The position numbers and the translations under genes were made by a program. Below the pieces are notes generated by a model, which worked only from the letters and a program-made list of their open reading frames with translations, had not been told where the DNA came from and did not search any database. Shown here piece by piece: positions 58,051-64,000 of a stretch of DNA of 64,000 bases (within the stretch, counting starts at the first letter, position 1; each line of letters begins with the position of its first letter). Source of the DNA: the human T2T-CHM13v2.0 reference genome, Homo sapiens; the NCBI RefSeq assembly GCF_009914755.1, contig NC_060938.1, one strand, 5' to 3'.

Positions 58051-59841
58051 AGAAATGTAACTTTAAAATCAAATATTAGTTTTGAGGAAGAATTAGCTAT
58101 GGTTTGCTTCAATTTGTGAGTTTGAGTTTTGAATATTTTCAACTTTTTAATCGTTAGTTTTCCTATGAAATAAATGTAGCTCTTCTGAAACAAATGGAGC
58201 TTGACTTCTTCTGTTTTGTTTCTTAAGTAACACACCTAAGGTTATTCTTAAGCTTTGCAAAGTAGAAAAAAAGGAGGAGGGATTGGAAATTATATGTTTT
58301 GTTTCCTAAGTATATATGGCTCACTAAGATTCTCTTGACCATACAGTGAATTTTAAGGCTTTTATCAGATGTAGCTGGTTGTCTCTAAAACAAAAGTGAC
58401 TTGGTGGTAGTAAATTCCTTGCTCTCATTTTTTGAGATTCAAACTTAAAAGACAAATATTGAATAATGCTCCTAGGAATTATTTTCAGTGACATTTGCCT
58501 AGTTGAAATGCTATAAAATATTGCCTATGAAAGAAACAAATCCCTTTCAAGAAATTCAAGAACATAGTCTCCAGTCCTATTTGCATGACATGTGAAAGGT
58601 CAGAGAAAATGGAATAAATCGCGGGGAAATCCTTTCTTGCACGAAAGGATTAATATTCCAAAAGCAGGAACACAATAACCTTTTATAATTCCTTCACTTG
58701 ATTTAAATTAAAAGAAGAAAACTTTGGAACGTACGAAATGCTTGGAAAACACTCTGACAGACTGCCAATGACCTTACTTTGCTGTTTGTTATCCTGTCAG
58801 AAGAACTGACAAGCGTAACATTCTAGAAGAGAGAGAAGGTGATATAGTTCAGTACCGCGCAGATTTACATGAATATGGGAAAATGAGAGCCACTGGGTGA
58901 GCTAGTTAAGTCTATAATGTTCCAGATTTTCCTGAAGAAAGCCGAGGAAGGCCTTTAGCGTAGTATTCATCTGGCTTCAAAGCCTGCCTCGTTTGATCCA
59001 CATGATACCCAGCCTGATGTGTGGTTTCTCTCATACGGCTTTGATATAGCAGCCTGCTTGTTCATTTTCCTTTGCTTTGCTTATAATCCTAAATTCACTG
59101 CATTCTCAGGGAGAGCAGGCCAATGTCATTTAACGACCTAAAACACAAACTTGCTTTCTTTTCCTTCAAAACTTTTCAAACACACTTCAAGCATGTGGGG
59201 AAGATGACCATTTCGTTTCTTTCTTTTATTTATCCCCTAGCAAGAACTTGACAGTAATACATGTATCTATTTAGTAGTGTACCTACTGTGTATAAGAAGT
59301 TAATTTGCAAGCGACTTGACTAGCATGAGAATTTTTGACTCTTTCAGCAAACACGATGCTTGTTTATGTACTTTTTTGACAGAAAATAGATTCAAGATTC
59401 TGGTGGTAGAATTTGGTGGCACGTATTTTATGTGTAGCTAAGACTTCCCTAGAATGAGAATGTGTTGCTATGTTTTGGGATGAATGATGTCCTAAAGACT
59501 CTGATGCTAATGGCATGACATAGGCTGAATCTTTGCATACAAAGCAGTTTAAAAACAAGCACACACACACACAAAATCAGTTCAATTACCCAGTGGATAA
59601 AAGCATTTAGCCCCATCTCCCATAGGCCTCTCCTGTTTCTTTGTTCTCTGCCACAAACCTTCTATCAATTTTTGTCCAAATGCTGGGCAGACAGTCACAG
59701 ACCAAGCTGAGAGTAATGGAGTGAGTCAGAAATCCAGAAAGTAAAACGACTCCTTAGTAAACAACGTGAAACCAGAGTGAGGCAATCATTGGAGTCAGGG
59801 CAAAAATGAAGGTGTGACCCAGCTGTGTCCTTGTGTTTCAG

Positions 59842-59931
59842 TGTGGGACTGCAGCGATGGAGTGTGTGAGGCAGTACATCAATGAAGTGCTGGATTTCAT
59901 GGCAGACATGCACACGCTGACCAAACTGAAG
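59842..59931 (+). CDS. UNC79: UNC79 coding exon (90 nt, phase 0-0): CGTAAMECVRQYINEVLDFMADMHTLTKLK
   Basis: Acceptor tccttgtgtttcag|TGT, donor AAG|gtgaga; in frame. Confidence 0.95.
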
Positions 59932-60159
59932 GTGAGATGACCGCCACCTGCTCATCCCTCAGGTTCACAAAACAGAGATGCTTTGAGAGAATTAAGCAGA
60001 CCATAGGGAACTTATCGCTACCTGGGGAGGCAGCCGTGGCACTGTTGAATGAGCCCCTGTCTTGGGGGATCAAAGAGCCAGGGTCCAGCTTTGCAAAGAG
60101 GAAAAGAGGAAGGGAAAGGACATTCACATGGCATCAGCCACATGCATAGCTTTACTTTT

Positions 60160-61700
60160 GCCATATATTCACTTCTCACAATACCTCTGTTAAGATACTA
60201 TCCCCATTTTACAAATGGAGAAACTGAGGCTTGGGGTGGTGTAGTACTTGCTCAAGTCACACTACTAAGTGGTAAAGTCAAGGTTGAACCCAAGATTCTT
60301 GTGACTCTCAATTCATTCTCTTTTTACCACATAGCATCGTTTAATTACCTTGAGCATCAGTTTCCTCATTTGAAGAACGAATCTAATGATCTGTACCTTG
60401 CCTGACTGTTACGAGGGTTTGATCAAAAATAATGTACGTGAAGAGACTTTCATAAACTGTAGCACATTATGCAAACATACACCATGTATTATTTTTTGCT
60501 CCATTGAAGCTGTTTTCTTAAAATCCTTGATGAAAGGGGATAGAACAAAATTTAATTTGCATATGGACAAAATCCCAGTGAAATTGTTGAGATTATTGAG
60601 TTTTTGCAGGGTGGAATGAATTGCTGATGCAGGTCCACTTTCCTGCTGTGATTCAACTAGGGAGCTAAAAGATGAATAGTTTGAGAGATCTGAGGAAGGC
60701 CCTAGACAGAGGGCAGAAGAGAATCCAAACATGGTCCAAGGAGCAGCCAAATTGCAATCTGGTGCTAGATGATTCCTTTTTGATAATTAGGAGCTAGTGA
60801 TCCCAGAAGTTCATCAGCCAAAAATATCATCCCTTAATCACTGAACTGTTCTCTGGCTCTGCTCAGACGATCAAAGTGGTTTTTGGTACAGTGATAGATT
60901 TGCAAATCCCAGGCAGAAAGTAGAATCAAAATGTAAACTGAGAATATCTCACGATATGTAAACCCATTCATTTCTTAATGAGCTCCCCTGTCGTTCGCTC
61001 CTGTGCCGGTTACTGCTTGCTGAATCTGAATACCCATACTTAAATGACTTTGATGTACAAAGAAGAGGAAACAATTATTACCTAAACATGTTTAGGTTGT
61101 TTTGCAGATGCTTTCGAAAAATAATAAGTAGGAACCAGGATCATCAAAAGGTTGGAAATACAGACATAATCTCACCCTCTGATTTTACATATTGGGAAAC
61201 AAATCAGAAGGATCAAGTGGCAAGTGGCTTATCTAAGGCCATGGGACTAGCTAGGACAGACCTGGGTCTAGAACCTAGGTCTCAATGCCTAGTTCAGTGC
61301 CCTTCCCACTGAGCTCACACTGAGCAAAGAAATCTTTCTAAATTAATTCAACAAATAGGTATGAGCACCTGTAATGTCGTGGCACTGTTCTAGGCATTGG
61401 GGATGCTGTGATGAGCAAAAGCGGACACAGTAGCTGCTCTCATTTAATTTATAGTCTGGTAGTGGAGGCCACATTTAGTGAACATTTCACACAAACTACA
61501 GTAAAAATGTGTCTCTCACAATTGCTATGAAAAAGAGGCAGAAGGCAGCACGGACCTGGCCGGGGAGGTCAGGGAAGGCTTCCCAGAGGAAGTTACATTT
61601 GAGCTAAAACCTGAACAATTAGGTGAAGAGAGGCAGGAATGGCATTCCAGACAAAGGGAATAGCAGCAGGGGGGAACACAGAGAGCCAACACAGCTGGAG
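60160..61700. mobile_element. Scattered MIR and L2 fragments
   Basis: ccccattttacaaatggagaaactgaggct (MIR); attcaacaaataggtatgagcacct...ggcactgttctaggcattggg (L2 3' end). Confidence 0.6.
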
Positions 61701-61934
61701 CTGCAGGCAGAAGGGGTAAGTTCTCAGTGGCTGGATCTTTCTGGCTTTGTAGGCTAGGGAACTTTCCCTCCTTTTATCCTAAGAACAATGGGAAGGCTCT
61801 GAAGAAGTTTAAGCAGGTTGTTTGCTCAGAGTGGCGATAAGCGGGGTGGAAATGACAACCTCTTCTTTTCAAAGAATGGCCTGGAATGAATCCAGGTGTC
61901 TGCCAGAGTTACAAAATACCATTCGGTTTTGTAG

Positions 61935-62110
61935 AGCCACATGAAGACATGTTCCCAGCCTCTGCATGAAGATACCTTTGGGGGACATCTCAAAGTGGGG
62001 CTGGCCCAGATTGCAGCCATGGACATCTCACGGGGCAACCACAGAGATAACAAAGCTGTGATCCGCTATCTGCCTTGGCTTTATCATCCCCCCTCTGCAA
62101 TGCAGCAAGG
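61935..62110 (+). CDS. UNC79: UNC79 coding exon (176 nt, phase 0-2): SHMKTCSQPLHEDTFGGHLKVGLAQIAAMDISRGNHRDNKAVIRYLPWLYHPPSAMQQG
   Basis: Acceptor ttcggttttgtag|AGC, donor AAGG|gtaaga; in frame. Confidence 0.95.
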
Positions 62111-62758
62111 GTAAGACCCTTACTATTCCGGGAATGAGGGTAAAGAAGGCAGGAGACACCCCTGAGTTTCCTCGGGCTCAGCTAGAGTTAAGGAGTACAC
62201 CGAAGATTTATGACAGTGGAATATACTTGGTTAGGAAGATGGAAATCAGATCCCATCTCCTTACGTACTTGCTGACCCAGAATGCTCTTTGACATGCTGC
62301 CAAAAAATAAACCTGTCCTCCCACAAAAACCTCAATTGTCCTTTCATGAAGAATGAAAATTTTGAGCTTAGAATTACCACTTTAATGCTTGATTTCAACT
62401 AGTTAAGTAAATTAATAGGTATGTATCAATATATTTGCCTTCAAGCAGCTTAGATTGTAGCTGGAACAAAAGCTATAACAGGGATGAAATCGGTGCAAGA
62501 TTGTACAAGCCCCTGGCTCTGCCTTTTAGGGAGGCTAAAGAAGAGAGAGGCATGTATGGGTTTGTTGACTTGGGAACTCAGAGTAGGTTTGAGCCCACCC
62601 TTTTGTGTGGTCAGCCTTCCTGTCCAGAGGAAAAGTGTAGAGTGGGAATGAGAAGGGTAGGAGGAAAAGATCACTGGGGAGCAGGAAAATGGGCAGCTGT
62701 GTTATATCTCCTCATCTCTTTCCTCCCCTCTACTGGGGATGCCAGAGAAGAAATTTCT

Positions 62759-63057
62759 TTTTTTTTTTTTTTTTTTGAGACGGAGTCTTGCTCTGTTGCC
62801 CAGGCTGGAGTGCAGTGGCACCATCTCAGCTAACTGCAACCTTCGCCTCCTGGGTTTAAGTGATCCTCCTGCCTCAGCCCCCCAGTAGCTGTAATTACAG
62901 GCATGCACCACCACGCCCAGCTAATTTTTCTATTTTTAGTAGAGACGGGGTTTTGCCATGTTGGCCAGGCTGATCTCGAACTCGTGACCTCAGGTGATCC
63001 ACCCGCCTCAGCCTCCCAAAGCACTGGGATTACAGGCGTGAGCCACCGCGCCCGGCC
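62759..63057 (-). mobile_element. AluS element
   Basis: Antisense dimeric Alu; TSD CCAGAGAAGAAATTTCT at 62742 and 63060. Confidence 0.96.
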
Positions 63058-63385
63058 CACCAGAGAAGAAATTTCTAAAGGCAGGAGTGGAAAGAGTTTA
63101 GAAAGAGAAGCTAGTCAGAGAGGCAGTCAGCCTTGTGGAAGAATGCTGTGTAATCCTGTGTCACCAAAGGCTGTTCTTTTCTCAAGAAGCTGAGATCCAG
63201 GATTAGAGTGGAAAACAAGAAAAACAGATATATCATTTTGTTGTCACTCAATTGCCTTGGCGTTTTGTTTTATGTGATTGCCTGCAAGACCACACTTTCA
63301 ATCCCTTCCTTCAATAAGCATTTGTTATGCACCCAATGAAACACAAAACATAAAATCATCTTTAACACTCCTTCTTCTCTAATAG

Positions 63386-63572
63386 ACCTAAAGAATTCAT
63401 TGAGTGTGTCTCCCATATCCGACTGTTGTCCTGGCTGCTGCTGGGTTCCCTCACTCACAATGCAGTGTGCCCAAATGCCTCCTCTCCCTGCCTGCCCATT
63501 CCTCTGGATGCAGGCTCCCACGTTGCAGACCATCTTATTGTTATCCTGATTGGATTTCCAGAGCAATCAAAG
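63386..63572 (+). CDS. UNC79: UNC79 coding exon (187 nt, phase 2-0): PKEFIECVSHIRLLSWLLLGSLTHNAVCPNASSPCLPIPLDAGSHVADHLIVILIGFPEQSK
   Basis: Acceptor ccttcttctctaatag|A, donor AAG|gtaagt; overlaps ORF 63426..63653. Confidence 0.95.
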
Positions 63573-64000
63573 GTAAGTGATTTCTGCAAGATTAAGACCG
63601 TATGCATCGCAATTGCTAATGGAAACCTTATCAGCCAATTATGTTTCTTCTGAGAAGAAAATACATCTTATCATTTGCCCTCCTGTGGATGTTAGAAACA
63701 CAACTTTGTGCTAATGTCTTATTTAAAGTTGTTTAGATTCCCAGACTGTCTTTCCCCCCGCCCCCAAATTGTTTTTCGGCTTACTTTTATAAAGATAAAT
63801 CATGGAGTCAAGCAAGAGTTGGCTTCCCAGGCATTTCTGTCTCAAAATAATGAAGAGAAATAAAAGGCTAGAAATATAATCAAAATTCTGTGATCAGTTT
63901 TTAAAACCAGAGACAAAACAAAGGAAAATTCATTCTCTATCTAATTCTTCATGTACCATCTTTTCAACTGAAATCTCTAGAGATACAGGAAAATACAAAA

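Overview
Primate, almost certainly human, genomic DNA from the interior of UNC79, the large scaffold subunit of the NALCN sodium-leak channel complex, transcribed on the + strand. I recognised the gene from memory of the spliced peptide. Sixteen GT-AG coding exons (4089-63572; 1781 nt, about 594 codons) splice into one uninterrupted frame running DPSTKGLSTLEMPRE ... LIVILIGFPEQSK. Start and stop codons lie outside the window. The introns contain about 25 Alu elements or fragments, three THE1 solo LTRs, MER21/MLT1 LTRs, large old L1M blocks, L2, MIR and hAT MER elements. Almost all ORF-track ORFs are repeat-derived or spurious. The most interesting part is the repeat-poor set of phase-1 introns at 4.2-14.4 kb. 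It holds a cluster of frame-preserving candidate microexons (12/30, 54, 30, 12/9 and 3 nt) and several candidate poison exons. It also holds a ~450-nt non-Alu fold-back hairpin with a GC-type 5' splice site in its apical stem, a shortened second copy of that hairpin, and a compact CCAAT/UPRE/AP-1 module just upstream of an antisense ORF. All of these are sequence-based candidates, not demonstrated. Repeat boundaries are approximate and subfamily calls were made by eye.
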